A DNA stretch of 64,000 bases from a virus: IMG/VR virus record IMGVR_UViG_3300028388_003908, positions 1-64,000 of that record; one strand, written 5' to 3'. Position numbers and translations under genes: made by a program. How positions within the stretch are numbered: position 1 is the first letter of the stretch; every line of letters begins with the position of its first letter. The notes below the pieces were generated by a model. That model was not told where the DNA came from and did not search any database. It saw only the letters and a list, made by a program, of their open reading frames with translations. This document shows positions 34,301-45,200 of this stretch, piece by piece.

Positions 34301-35606
34301 TCTGCTTGTACTTGACCGTATATCTAAAGCGAGCGATCTGATCTGATACGGTGCTCTCCGCATATCCCGCATAAGCGCCTGCGCTCGTAAAGTAAGCGCC
34401 TTCTGCTTGATTATTAGGTCTGATAGGCAGGAAGAATCTGCCTCTCTCCTCAAGAGGAGTGGGCAAATCAGAAGGCAGATATGAGGTCAATCTAGGTAGA
34501 CGATAAGCTAGGAAGTTTAAGTCCTCCTCGCTGTCGCCTGTGTAGTTGAAGAAGCTCTCAGTATCGAAATCCCACATCTCTGTACCGAACAGAACAGGCA
34601 GGTTGCCTCCGGGGTGTGTCTCCCCGTAGAGCGCTGAAGGATCTCTTAACAATCTCACAGCGCCGGCGTGAGCGTTTGCCGTTATCCCTGCGATAGGATC
34701 GCCTGCTAGGTCAGGATGATCTGCTCGGTAAGTGCCTCTCTGTATCTCGGATAAATCGTATTGACCTAGATCTGCGCTCGGGAAGGTTTCTGCGTCACCT
34801 ATCGTAAAGATACCACCAGGTTGTCCGTCTCTTGTCGTCTCAAGACCTTGACCTAGATTGACGACAGCCACGACCTTGGACATGATCTCCTCTGCGGTCG
34901 TAGAGGGGGTCAACCAATCCGTCTGACCTTCTTCAATCCTAAGTAGCGCGACCGTGCCTCTGTCAGCAGGGGAGATGATACCCGAGATGGTAATGCCCCC
35001 TAACATACCCATGTTGTCATAGACGAGATTAACAGGTCTGATCTCTCTCTCATCCCCTAAAGGCTGTGTCTTATAAGTAGAGCAGAGATGGGCGCTACCT
35101 GGTCCTGACCCGGGGAGAGAGCTAGAGACAACGGGAATGTCCTCGTTAATGCCCACGTTAAAAATCGGGTCTGATCTATATTGAGAGCCGGTCGAATCAC
35201 CGCTTGGTTTGAATTCTCTAAAGTAAGGATAAGCGAGCGAGCTATCGTTTTTGTAGTACGCACTAATATAGCTTCCAAACCCTACAGAGACGGTCTCTTG
35301 TCTTTCCCAAACAGGGCCATCTGCCTGCTTAAAGGCGCCCCAATCTACAACCCCAATCGGATTGGTTGTCTCTGTTAGATTCAACGTGCCGAGGCGATTA
35401 ATCCTTGCAGGGAGCGCGCCTTCTAATTGATCTAGCTTTGAGCCTAAATCGGTGTCATAGAAATTCTCGCTAGGCCCGTCATAAATCTGAGCAGAGGTAT
35501 ATACTCCTCTCTGCTTGTCTAGATGCGCTCTTAATATATCTCCAGCGCTCGTCACGTTAACGCTTTGAGAGCTGGCTAGAAGCGTAGGGTCTGTACTCTT
35601 AGGCAT
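31389..35606 (-). CDS. large virion structural protein
   Basis: 1405 aa, acidic and beta-rich, coupled within the operon. Confidence 0.75.
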   Translation of the reverse strand: MPKSTDPTLLASSQSVNVTSAGDILRAHLDKQRGVYTSAQIYDGPSENFYDTDLGSKLDQLEGALPARINRLGTLNLTETTNPIGVVDWGAFKQADGPVWERQETVSVGFGSYISAYYKNDSSLAYPYFREFKPSGDSTGSQYRSDPIFNVGINEDIPVVSSSLPGSGPGSAHLCSTYKTQPLGDEREIRPVNLVYDNMGMLGGITISGIISPADRGTVALLRIEEGQTDWLTPSTTAEEIMSKVVAVVNLGQGLETTRDGQPGGIFTIGDAETFPSADLGQYDLSEIQRGTYRADHPDLAGDPIAGITANAHAGAVRLLRDPSALYGETHPGGNLPVLFGTEMWDFDTESFFNYTGDSEEDLNFLAYRLPRLTSYLPSDLPTPLEERGRFFLPIRPNNQAEGAYFTSAGAYAGYAESTVSDQIARFRYTVKYKQIKAGLEASASSATFNEQNYSLGSFVLVHFKTEEAFERLVRDAEIPSADDLWSVNAVGIPYDGADNTTSLVTGSALNEYGISSALERLIVTGVQGSTVQNAQVVTASSKYGFSLTKTYNYITSISNEDVRFTTISGVHFILPRTQGYFHTNGFVYGENKEGSEEIATLALGMSLRAEESSTATNGLGHTLNWRHPFYTYSTEASTRPELTDDPNYTYQTLPYGRLLFNNLTSGKAIQFVGESAPNEPAFFLDSDFTSERLREGALDLEYTLFSNATDRDDVYSTPVVIGFRGVYPLGDGGLETERPPVFMSDFRLTTALFNPAKHEEGLGIELLQDTSYVDGGAFSGNPYGNPLLYHSARMKSLLQDCTIDTINLVPEFNALNKDALAFFIYRLDGGGAYSVVQTLTINGAVFELCSGEANPYGGTYSSDIPIYRPVDNNGYSGGAVAITFDAVLNYDYKVHVAGGLGYSASYPAFDSYFFAFVNRAQISVGDFSVMVDGDVQGLFNVVGDTNANFGVTVDYGMDFKTDFSGVYTDVEYLDTSTWQTRIDHNNTFYALEVYDTEADEMSHYGNFYQTDSGAISIYGNPSNYLIPYQGGFDARKDTSERFLDEMYRISCAFAGFSENVTSDQGNTVALSDLLAYGNVLEQAGEIQTWTGALDFTFTVRDSYYYYNDFNPVDIQTPNHRGSGWVRNGYNLVAVTFLSGQPEAQVGPMPFLYNANGTSAYASLSRGQLLVPEEAYDTDYRPSANAGDSVTQPDFSAGNTNVYPIAQAGDLYSYMRMFDVSFGYNEEVTNEFTIRLIGIRYEDLNPDLTSSENNTSIPMSADNAQPFSVLIQNPTKTAWLNVARPDEPAKAGGGTTGFVTYPGCMLSYENKVMVKEAVVCVDIRVSLGSYVVEAYGSNYPILVKANVANTFDYSSCKMSSFDPNQPYLLRKGLIGIEILRESTGLNYDGDEVVSISEYTGLEAAL

Positions 35607-38600
35607 TGGTGTCTCCTGTCGTTAGACGGCCTTGTGTTCTGTAAACGCTGGCGGATGTTCTCAGGTCGGTGTCTGAGAGAGTTATTTGGTTCTCTGAGGT
35701 TGGATTTACGCTCACGCTACCTGAAACACCTGATAGCCTAGAAAACACCACTAAAACAATCTCACCTTTACGATAGAGCGCGCTGTCCTCTCTTATCTCT
35801 GCTAAGAGAGATAGTGCGTTCTTGTGTAGTACATAAGACGCTAAAGATTGAGCGAAAACACCAGGAAGATATGTAGAGCCTACGCTTGTATAAACAACCC
35901 TGCTCTCTACGTCTTTGAGAGGGTTTTCAAGCACTAGGTCTAGCGTTGTGTCCATGTTCACTAGAGAAGGTAAAGAGAGCGCGCCTGTATTAACCGTAAA
36001 ATCTGTTAGAGACGCGCTCAAACTACCCTGTAAGAGATCATCTGATAGATAATCCGTCACGGCAGGATTAACACCCAACTGCTCATAAGGGGTTGCGTAA
36101 GGATAACCTTGACGAGACGATCCTGGTCCGTATTGGAACATCTCTATGCGCTCCCCTGCGCTTAATATTCTTAATCTCAAAGAAGCTGGCGCAGAAGGCA
36201 ATCCTGAGCGCGCTCCGCAAGATTGAGGCGCGCGCCTTCTATAGTAGTTTGAGACCTGAAAACCACTCGTACCGTAGTTAGGGAGCGCGTCCCTAGAATA
36301 AAAGGTAATATCTAAGAGCGTCTGAGGGGTAGGTAAGAGAACTTGGAAATAAATTCTCGTATATGTCTCCCCAAAGGTCGAGCTTGCTAGATCTATCGCT
36401 ACAGAGGTCGCGGTACCTGCTAGGTTTACGGTTGGATTTAACAGCGCGTTGTTAGGGTCATAGTGAACCTTGTAAGGTATCAACACGCTCTCTTGGTCAT
36501 AAGACCAAAAATCTTCAAGCGAGGTTCTACCTTCTAAGAGAGGGTCTGCCTGTGGGGTAGGGTCATTAACCCCTGCCAAGTTGCCATACCAACCGTTGTC
36601 TATTCCCCCTACATACTCAACACACACCTCTCTCAACCCTTGTCGATAGAAGCTCATAGGGTATGTGCCAATAATGTAAGGTGGTATCTGTGAGAAATCA
36701 TTTACTAATAAGGGGTTAGACAACCCACCTTCGGGAGCATAGACCGTATCGTCTGGCGTTAAGTTTTCTTGTGGGGTCGCGCTCAAGCCATTACTCGCAG
36801 GGTATTCAACCAAAAGCGAGACGTGCATTAAAGTAGCCCCTGCGTTATCCCCGACAACAGCGTCCCCAACAACAGGTGAATCGACACCTGAAAGCTCATG
36901 TATCGTTCGGTTTTTATCTAAGATAAGAGTGATCTGACTAGTGCCTAAGCCTTCAATACTCTTAAAGATAACCTGTTGAGAAATGATCCCGCCCGTATGA
37001 CCTACGTTGTGAAACGCCTCAGCCCCTATGATCTTAGTGCCTTGAGGTATAACGTCTGTTAAAGCGATAGGGGTATTGGCTGACCCGTCTCTCCAACCTT
37101 TTGAGGTAGAGCTTGTGTCTGCGATTGTGAGATCAATCTGTATTTGATCCCCTTCATACCAACCATTTGAGACGTGTAGGTTATTTGGGTTATTTGGCCA
37201 AGCGGTAGGGTCTGACATGACATTTACGAACTTACTTGTACCCGATATGGGAAACTCAACAGCCCCTAGACCCCCAACAAGATCGAAAGTCAAGCGCTCT
37301 ATCACAGGGTGTGATGAGAAACGTCTGCGAACGTGGTCAAATTGACCGATAAAATTGCCTCTGCCTGAGGTATCTCCTTCACCGCCTAGAGCGGTTGATC
37401 TGCCGATCTCGTCACACACCATAGGGGATGTGGATTGGTCTCCACTACCTCCCGCGATGTCGTGAAGATCAGAGCCATCCATCATCCATGTCTTGATCTG
37501 ATTATCGAGCAAGAGCTGAAATTGTCGCGTCCTCTCAGAAGCGAGATCAATACCTCTAAGCGTCACGCTAGGTCTTAGATCTAGCACGTCAAAAGCGGAT
37601 ATCTGATCAGAGAACAAGCCGTCAGGCCTGTCGGATACTCCCGCATTAACCGTGATGCTCAGATTGTCTGTGAGCGCGTTGTTTACATATCCTGCATGAG
37701 TAGTGAGAGGCCCGTTGTTAGCTCCAGAAGTAGGGCTGAAAGCACCATTATTTCTGCGCGCTACATAGAAAAGAGGTATCGCGTACACAAAACCATCTAC
37801 GGTACCTAGGTCAACAGCGCTCGCTTGAGAGCCGTCTCCTGAATAAAAGAGCCCATGATCTTCTCTGATCCCGAGCGCGTCAAAAAGCTCATTATTTGTA
37901 CCATCAGCCTGCTCAAAGCCATAACCTACAACGGGCGCGCTCTGGCCGCCTTGCGGATAGACGCCCGGATTATCAAAACCAAAAAACTGCGTCTTTGGAT
38001 CTATTCCGTTAAGCAGAGTAGCACCATCAAAATCAACCGCGTAGGTTCTGATCCTGTACTGAACCTGAACACGTCTTGATGTGCTCCTATTGACCGCAGG
38101 GTCTACGAGATCATCATCTAGCCACAGAGCGCTATCGCTCATGGTGTTTCCGTTAAACCAAATCTTGAGCGGACTTGGCTTGTTCTCTCCTGACGTGCCG
38201 GTGTAGCTCGTCTGTAGTACTAAACCTGCGGGCGCTGTGATGATTGCCGAGCCGTCATCTCCTTCGATCTGTAAGAAGATTCTGTCAGTACCTCTCGTCT
38301 CAGCGCTCACCGTAACCGCACCAAAAGCAGAGGCGTTGATAGCGTCTGAGATGAGACGCGCTGTCTCAGGATTGGTCAAGCCTATGCTGAAGTCCACACC
38401 TTCTGTGAGCGTGACAGAATTTCCTCCGATTGGGGTTGTGTCGATTGTGAAAGTAGCGCCAGCGCTCATAGAACCGTCTACGAGATATTGATTTCTTGTA
38501 GGGGAGGCAGGACTTACCTCTGCTTTCCAAACCTCTAAAAAGACAAAATCCGTGCGCTTAATATCGGGAGCTGAACCGAGAGGCGCGCTTGGGGCAGGTA

Positions 38601-38922
38601 GCTCGATCAGATTATTAAACGGATCGCTTGTACCTGTACCGCCTACAAACACAGGCATCCCTGCGATGTTGGCGATGAACGCGCTCATCTCAAACGTATT
38701 AGGTGCAAATGAGGGGTCGGACACGTCTCTAAAGACGGGCTCTGCTACATCTCTAGGGTCATGCACTAATACGCCAGAAGGCGCCCTTAAAAGGGGTCTC
38801 CGAGCGTCTTGAGACAGATTGAGTTCTGAGTCCAGAATAGGCAGACCAGCTTGATGAACAACCTGATCCCATGATCTGTGAGTAGCGCTCAGATTTCTAG
38901 ATACTGAAGTGAGGTATTTCAT
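35599..38922 (-). CDS. large virion (baseplate/tail-associated) protein
   Basis: VVHQAGLPILDSELN, RTDFVFLEV, RRVQVQ and LGTVDG.VYAIP blocks shared with the 1789 aa protein. Confidence 0.8.
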   Translation of the reverse strand: MKYLTSVSRNLSATHRSWDQVVHQAGLPILDSELNLSQDARRPLLRAPSGVLVHDPRDVAEPVFRDVSDPSFAPNTFEMSAFIANIAGMPVFVGGTGTSDPFNNLIELPAPSAPLGSAPDIKRTDFVFLEVWKAEVSPASPTRNQYLVDGSMSAGATFTIDTTPIGGNSVTLTEGVDFSIGLTNPETARLISDAINASAFGAVTVSAETRGTDRIFLQIEGDDGSAIITAPAGLVLQTSYTGTSGENKPSPLKIWFNGNTMSDSALWLDDDLVDPAVNRSTSRRVQVQYRIRTYAVDFDGATLLNGIDPKTQFFGFDNPGVYPQGGQSAPVVGYGFEQADGTNNELFDALGIREDHGLFYSGDGSQASAVDLGTVDGFVYAIPLFYVARRNNGAFSPTSGANNGPLTTHAGYVNNALTDNLSITVNAGVSDRPDGLFSDQISAFDVLDLRPSVTLRGIDLASERTRQFQLLLDNQIKTWMMDGSDLHDIAGGSGDQSTSPMVCDEIGRSTALGGEGDTSGRGNFIGQFDHVRRRFSSHPVIERLTFDLVGGLGAVEFPISGTSKFVNVMSDPTAWPNNPNNLHVSNGWYEGDQIQIDLTIADTSSTSKGWRDGSANTPIALTDVIPQGTKIIGAEAFHNVGHTGGIISQQVIFKSIEGLGTSQITLILDKNRTIHELSGVDSPVVGDAVVGDNAGATLMHVSLLVEYPASNGLSATPQENLTPDDTVYAPEGGLSNPLLVNDFSQIPPYIIGTYPMSFYRQGLREVCVEYVGGIDNGWYGNLAGVNDPTPQADPLLEGRTSLEDFWSYDQESVLIPYKVHYDPNNALLNPTVNLAGTATSVAIDLASSTFGETYTRIYFQVLLPTPQTLLDITFYSRDALPNYGTSGFQVSNYYRRRAPQSCGARSGLPSAPASLRLRILSAGERIEMFQYGPGSSRQGYPYATPYEQLGVNPAVTDYLSDDLLQGSLSASLTDFTVNTGALSLPSLVNMDTTLDLVLENPLKDVESRVVYTSVGSTYLPGVFAQSLASYVLHKNALSLLAEIREDSALYRKGEIVLVVFSRLSGVSGSVSVNPTSENQITLSDTDLRTSASVYRTQGRLTTGDTNA

Positions 38923-38937
38923 GTCTCAGACCTCACC

Positions 38938-39546
38938 TTAAAATGTTAAGCGCCATGTGATCGCTAGAGTAGCTCCACTCGGTTTATTGATCACAGGGAA
39001 AGGTAGATAGTTGACGAGCACGTCAAGCGAGGTAAGATCCGTTGATGTGTCTCTATCGGGAAAATTGTCTGCGGGCGCGTTGATCGCGCTCACGTTAATG
39101 GCAGAGACGATGCCCATCTCATTAAGCGCGCCTACAGCCTCTCCGCTTTCAAAGACGGTCGTGAAATCGAGCACGTTGGTAGGTACAGCGCTGATCGCAC
39201 CTGTGCTGTCTCTAAACACGGTTGAAGCGAATTCTTTACGGGTTAGCTCGGTGTTGAGCTTACGTTGTCGGGCGTCTGGACTATCAGGAGAGGATGAAGA
39301 ACCACTAGCGCCCGTACCTACAGCTAAGACGTTAGGTGCTCTAGTTAATCCTGAGAATAACATGGCAGCCAAGATACCACCATCTAGCGTGTAAATGTTA
39401 TTACGCTCTAGGACATTCCTCGTCTCTCCGTTCTCTGTGAGCGTAGCGCTCACCGCACCTTTCACTTGGATTACGCTCTCTTGAAAACCGAAACCCAAGC
39501 TAGACAGCATGGTGTTTGGTTGATTAATGCGATCCTTTGCGCTCAT
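38938..39546 (-). CDS. baseplate/tail-fibre attachment protein
   Basis: LAVGTG...L..E..RK...F...EA.G.LNEMGI...FPVINK...ITWRLTF pattern. Confidence 0.7.
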   Translation of the reverse strand: MSAKDRINQPNTMLSSLGFGFQESVIQVKGAVSATLTENGETRNVLERNNIYTLDGGILAAMLFSGLTRAPNVLAVGTGASGSSSSPDSPDARQRKLNTELTRKEFASTVFRDSTGAISAVPTNVLDFTTVFESGEAVGALNEMGIVSAINVSAINAPADNFPDRDTSTDLTSLDVLVNYLPFPVINKPSGATLAITWRLTF

Positions 39547-39556
39547 GTTTTCCTCC

Positions 39557-42277
39557 TTAGGGGATAAGATATATGCTTACCTGCTCTGTCTCTGACGATG
39601 GATTTAATATAGATGGTCCATTTAAGATTGACGCATCGTAGACGGTACCTCCATTGTCTCCTCCACAGATGAAGTAGCTATGAAAGACCTGCTCGATCAT
39701 CGGGTTCGTGTTGTGAGCGATGGCGCTAATCTCGTTTAACGGATTATACGGTACATCTCTTATAGGACTAGCTGACTCCGTATATGAATCACCCGAGAAG
39801 GCGATCTCTGTCCATGTGTCCTCTGCGAACACAAGCTCCCCATCTGACCCCCTGCTCTCCGTGAAAACGGAGCCTGTATATCTGCGCGCTTCGTCCGGGG
39901 AAGCATCTGTTAAAGGTCTACCTTCCGGATTGGACATATAATCATCAATCGAGGGTACATCTTCATAAGGCGCAAAGGCTTTGTTGACGAAAGGTATCTG
40001 ACCTTCCGCGTATTCCTCATTACGAAACCACTCCTCAGATGACGTGAAAGGCTTTGTTGATAGGGCGGTTATCTCTAGCTCAACATCATCAGAAGGAGGG
40101 TCGGATATGATGATATAACCACCCGAAATCGCGTAAGAGTAGTAGGTTGAATTCGAGATGATTGAGATGATTCTTTCAGGATAAAAACCTAGATCAGCGA
40201 TATTGATCCTGCCGTCCTTAACGGTTGCGCTCACCACCGCAGGCTTGTAGACCTTTGAAGGATTGATTGAGACGCTAAGCGAGGATTTATTGAGCAAAAA
40301 TCCTGAACCTAGAACGCTCTTGGTATTGAGCGTGTCTGTCTTGAGCAGGGATGTTGAGATCTCTCTCCTCTCGTAAACACCTACCTCAACCTTAGAGGCT
40401 CGATTTAAGACCTGAGGGTGACCTAGAATCGTGTTAGAGGATCTAGCTTCCACACGCCCTCTGCCTGCGTAGCTGTCCTTTAAGCGATCATAGCGGTGAG
40501 CGTTGAGCTTAAATCCTGTATGGTTGAGCGCGCTAAATGTCGTGTTCTGATCAAATCCAAAAGGATAAGAGACCCGCAACACGTCCCCTGGCGATACGAT
40601 AGACGAGCGCGCCCCTGCACCGTCTATAAGATATGCGCTCAAGCCGGATCTGACATGAGGTGTAGGTAGATCATACCATCTTAGGATTAAGGAAGATCCT
40701 TCGGGCACAAGATCTGTAGCCTCTGTGTCGTTAATGTAGAGACGCAGTAAGTCCCCTAACACCGAAGCGTTAAATGATCTCTTTAAAATCGTAGGAAAAT
40801 CCGCAGGGGTAATGGGGTCTTCCACGTTGTTGATCGTATCCATTACCCAAGAATAATCTCGATACCTGCGCGCTCTAGTACGATAAGACAGATCGGAATC
40901 CGTGACAATCTTCAGACCATCGGTCACGGATTTTGTGTCAAGAGAAAAGACGACAGCTTCTAGTAAGATTGCCCCTAGATTGCAGGTAATCCCGTCTGTG
41001 TTGAGATAATCAGGTGCTCTCATTCTGCGCGCAAAATAACACACCCCATCTACTAGAACAGGCTCGCCATCCTGCACCTCAAGCCAAGCAAGCTCCTCAA
41101 CCCAACCGTCTGCTAAGAGCACGTCAGGAAGTTCAAGCAAGCCTCCCGACACCGTGTATGAAGCGCTAAAGGTCAGCGTCTCTCCGCTAAGACGATTTTT
41201 TATCCTAGGGAGTGTGATCTCGTAGGTGCCGTCTGCAAGCGTGATCTCTGATCTCGATAGGATTCTATGCTTTGAGCGCGTTGTGCTTGTCTCGTTATCT
41301 TGTAGATAAAGCGTGTCAGGCGTGTTGAAAATCGTAGACCAGGTGCGTAGTTCGCGCTGAGCGACATACCCTAGAATCTCGTTTTCATAGGTGCCCTCAC
41401 GCGCTGTTCTCATGTCTTCCTGATATGAAGACCCGAGCGATAATGTCAGAGACAAGACCGGCTCGTCCATATTCTCTCTTGTGACATTTGTCACGTTTGA
41501 AAGCGCAACATGGGCTGGTTTGGTAGCTTTTAATCCTCGCTCAATATCTTGTTGTAGCGATACGAGAGAGGGCGCTACGCCCGAGATAATCTCATGGGTG
41601 TGTAAGACACCATCTTGATCATAAGCGGGCTGAATTTGCCCGTCATAGATCTCATGGTAATGTAGGTCTTGACCCCATGTAGATCCGATAGGTCCGCCGG
41701 TGTTCTCAAGACCTTCACCTTTAATACGTAGGAGGTGACGGTGACCGTCTATGAGCACATCATCTACAAGAGGGGTTGTGGTCTGAGTGTAAGACGAGAG
41801 CGCGATATTAAACGAGTGCTCTGAGGTCTGCTCTATCGAGGATTTGATCTCAGCGCCCGCAAAGCCTTGCACCATCTCTGTGATTGATTCAAGACTAGAA
41901 CCCTTGTTAAGCGCCTCTAAAACCGCGTTTACGCGCTTGAGTAGCGTCTCCGTGTCTGAGTAGGACAACTGCTCATCTGCGCGGAATAAGACGGACAGGA
42001 TCTTCAGATTTAAAAACTCAACCCGCACGTTATTGAGCGCGTTATCGTCTGAGAGATCGGATATGTCGATCATCAGCTCAGAGATCAACTGAGCGCATTT
42101 TTCATAGATGATACGGTGCAGAGAGCCGTACTGATCCGACAAGTAATTAGAGGCTGTGGCGCTGGCAAGAGAGAGCGCGATGCCTTCGCCTAATAGATCT
42201 ATGAGCAGACGTGTGTTGGCGGACCGATTTAGGAGAGGATCTTTTCCTTGTCTCGGGTCGTTAAGGAAAATCGACAT
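39557..42277 (-). CDS. baseplate wedge protein (P2 gpI-like position)
   Basis: Follows the J-like gene. KGSS.ESI and TKPAH motifs, with HxH repeats. Confidence 0.65.
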   Translation of the reverse strand: MSIFLNDPRQGKDPLLNRSANTRLLIDLLGEGIALSLASATASNYLSDQYGSLHRIIYEKCAQLISELMIDISDLSDDNALNNVRVEFLNLKILSVLFRADEQLSYSDTETLLKRVNAVLEALNKGSSLESITEMVQGFAGAEIKSSIEQTSEHSFNIALSSYTQTTTPLVDDVLIDGHRHLLRIKGEGLENTGGPIGSTWGQDLHYHEIYDGQIQPAYDQDGVLHTHEIISGVAPSLVSLQQDIERGLKATKPAHVALSNVTNVTRENMDEPVLSLTLSLGSSYQEDMRTAREGTYENEILGYVAQRELRTWSTIFNTPDTLYLQDNETSTTRSKHRILSRSEITLADGTYEITLPRIKNRLSGETLTFSASYTVSGGLLELPDVLLADGWVEELAWLEVQDGEPVLVDGVCYFARRMRAPDYLNTDGITCNLGAILLEAVVFSLDTKSVTDGLKIVTDSDLSYRTRARRYRDYSWVMDTINNVEDPITPADFPTILKRSFNASVLGDLLRLYINDTEATDLVPEGSSLILRWYDLPTPHVRSGLSAYLIDGAGARSSIVSPGDVLRVSYPFGFDQNTTFSALNHTGFKLNAHRYDRLKDSYAGRGRVEARSSNTILGHPQVLNRASKVEVGVYERREISTSLLKTDTLNTKSVLGSGFLLNKSSLSVSINPSKVYKPAVVSATVKDGRINIADLGFYPERIISIISNSTYYSYAISGGYIIISDPPSDDVELEITALSTKPFTSSEEWFRNEEYAEGQIPFVNKAFAPYEDVPSIDDYMSNPEGRPLTDASPDEARRYTGSVFTESRGSDGELVFAEDTWTEIAFSGDSYTESASPIRDVPYNPLNEISAIAHNTNPMIEQVFHSYFICGGDNGGTVYDASILNGPSILNPSSETEQVSIYLIP

Positions 42278-45200
42278 TATCTGCTCTCCTCATAGGTGAA
42301 GCTGATCTCTCCTGTCGTGAAGTAGGAGAGCTTATTGATCGAGATGTTTGACACATATCCAGCGGGCGCGCCTGTGCGGTAATTGACCTTGCAGACGTGA
42401 TTTGTCGGGTGATCTCCGACAGGCAAAGCGAGCAGGATTTTGTGAGATGTGTCAGCGATCTCAACATACGAACCGTCAACGTAAGCGCTCAGATTCTGCG
42501 CCCCGATAAACGAGATGGATGCTTTCTTCCAATTAGCGTTGAAAGGTCTCAGAGTGCTTGAGATCACGTCTAAGGTCTCACCGTCTAGCGTAGCGGTTGC
42601 ACCGACACCACCACCATCTACAACCCTATGCTTGAGCGTGTTTACAGAGCACCACACCAAGACCTTATCGTTGGAAAGCTCAGAGATCTGGACAAATCCA
42701 CCGATCTCATTTGAGGACACATCTTCCCTCAAAATGAGGGTGTTTCTAGCTAACGCCATCTCCGTCAACGGCACGTCAACGTAAGCGACACCTTCTATAT
42801 TATCAAGCGTTCTCAAAACGTCTGAAACGTAGAGGTCTCCTCCGATGGAGTATGAGTTGAGAAGATTAGAGATCTCACCCTTGACTAAGGTGTCTACGGT
42901 AGATGAATTCGCGCCTCTTCTGAGCGCGATGACGCCCTTCACATTAACGGGTGCGGATGTGATCTGCTTAGTGATCACATCCGCGGTTAAATGCTTTGTT
43001 GTGTCTAGTCTGCTCTGTACCTCAGAGACAATCTGATTGGTGGTGTAGGTGATGGTGACGTTCTCACGGTGACGATAAGAGATCAGGATTGTTTGTCCAT
43101 CTGCAATCGCGCTAGACGTGCTACGCTTGAGGTATGTCTCCCCTAGATCCCCTCTCTCTAGCGTGTAATCGGGCGCGCTTGAGTAAGGGTTCTCATAGGT
43201 GATCAGCTTATCTTGGTCCGTCACAACCACGGAGAGCAGATCAACGCCTAGATTGTTTAACTGCTCAGGGTAAGAGCCTAGGACAACGTGAGATTCGTCC
43301 GTCACGGATAGGATTTGACCTCTACCTTCAGAGGGTAGAATGACGTGATCACTAGCTTGAGTAGATCCGCCGAGATAGATAGGGTCCTCGTCTGAGATGA
43401 AATCATAATTCGTAATCGTACCGCTCTCGCTTGAGACAACAGACAAGACAGATAAGACCGGCTGTCTTCTCAGCGTGATTTTATCTGAGATAGCGTCTCT
43501 CCAATCGCCTAGGATAATGTCGGTAATACGGTACGAGGTCGTCTGTATGTCAGCGTCTAATACGAGAACTCTGCCGTCTTCCTCTAGCGTGTAACCTGTA
43601 AGATCAAAGCTCTCTCCTGTGGTCTGATTTCTCAACCCGAGATTAAGATCTGATCTGTCAATCATTTCAAAGATGAGATTACCACTCTCTAGTACAAAAC
43701 GATAAACGCCCTCACCTGAGATCGGTAGGAATCTATCCGAGAATCTCTCTTGATAAGAGGGAGCGTACACGTCTGTAACCACAGCCGTTGAGAGTCCTTT
43801 GACCCATACGTCAACCTTACCGCCTAGTCCGAGATCGCGCTCCATGTACTCGTCACCTGCGCCCACCGCAAAGCTATCGAGCACCCCTGCGGATTCTCTT
43901 GAGATGCGCTCGTATCCGGATCTAGTGCCTGTGTCAACAGACGTGAACGCGCTCACAGCCCTTGACGCTAGGTCGATATTTGATTCTGCGCTCTGACCCC
44001 CGAACAACGGGGATTCATTCACGACCTTTAAGCCTCTTGGCGCCCCCGCTAGAATCTGTCCGCTCGTAAGATTACCTGAGACACCAACCTCCTCTGCGAC
44101 AACGGGACAGGCGACTGACCATCTCTTCTTAACGGGGTTGTAGTAAGACGCTAGATTCTCAAATAAGATCTCTACCTCTTCTGTGGTCTTGAAGCTCAAA
44201 CCCGCACCTGTGAGCACCGTACCTCTCGGAACGGAGAGCGTTCTTGTGGGCGTAGTGGTCGTATAGAAGACGACCTCTCCTCTAGCTGGCACACCGCTAG
44301 AGCGATAGATACCCATATTAGACGCGAGACGATCAAAGCACTGATTTATGGTCGCTTGAATATCCGAATCCGAGACAAGATAGAGAGCTTGTCCGAGCGC
44401 TCTCTTGTAAGAGGACTGAACGACAGGCACCGATGAGCCTGTAGCGAATGGGTCATCAATCTGCAAGAGACCTTGAAACGTAGCGCTACGGTAGCAGAAA
44501 TCGAGCATAAAGCGGGCGCGCTCAAGCTCTGTCACGAAGGGGTCTATGATCACATCCCTAAAGACGGAGCCTGCGTGTACGGAGACCTCAGGCTGATAAG
44601 TCAAGACGTGACGTATCATGCTCTCAGTCATCTCTCTACGTCCAACAACGGGCAGAGATAGATTTGTGCTAAACACATCAGAAGGCTTGCCGGCGACCTC
44701 GTAAGAATAGGAGGATTCAATCTCCTCACCATCTGCTCCGAGCGAGATCGCCTTGATGACATAATAGAGAGGTAGAGATGGATCTAAGGTTCTGAATTCT
44801 CCGATTCTAACCGTAGGAGGTGTCGAGTTCTCCTGCGCTAGTCTATCGTGTCTAAAAGAGACCGTGCGCTTAATCTCAACAGAGGAGACCGTGCTGTTTA
44901 TCCTAAGACGTGTGGTAGCTTCAGGTATCTCAAGGGTGTCCGACAAGACCGTACTGAGTTCAGCACTCGTTGAGGATTGAGTGAGCGTAAGATTCGCATA
45001 AAGAGGGTCTGCGCTCTCGGTCGTTGTGTTGATCTCTAGAGAGCCTAGATCGGATAACGACTCTTCCGAGCTCCCGTAGGACAAGGGGTCGATAGGTAGA
45101 TAGTTAATCCTACGATAACCGAACGTACCTCCACCGCTCACTGAGGATGCGTAGATGTGATAATAACTAGCCTCGCCATTGTCCGTAAAAGAGATCTGAA

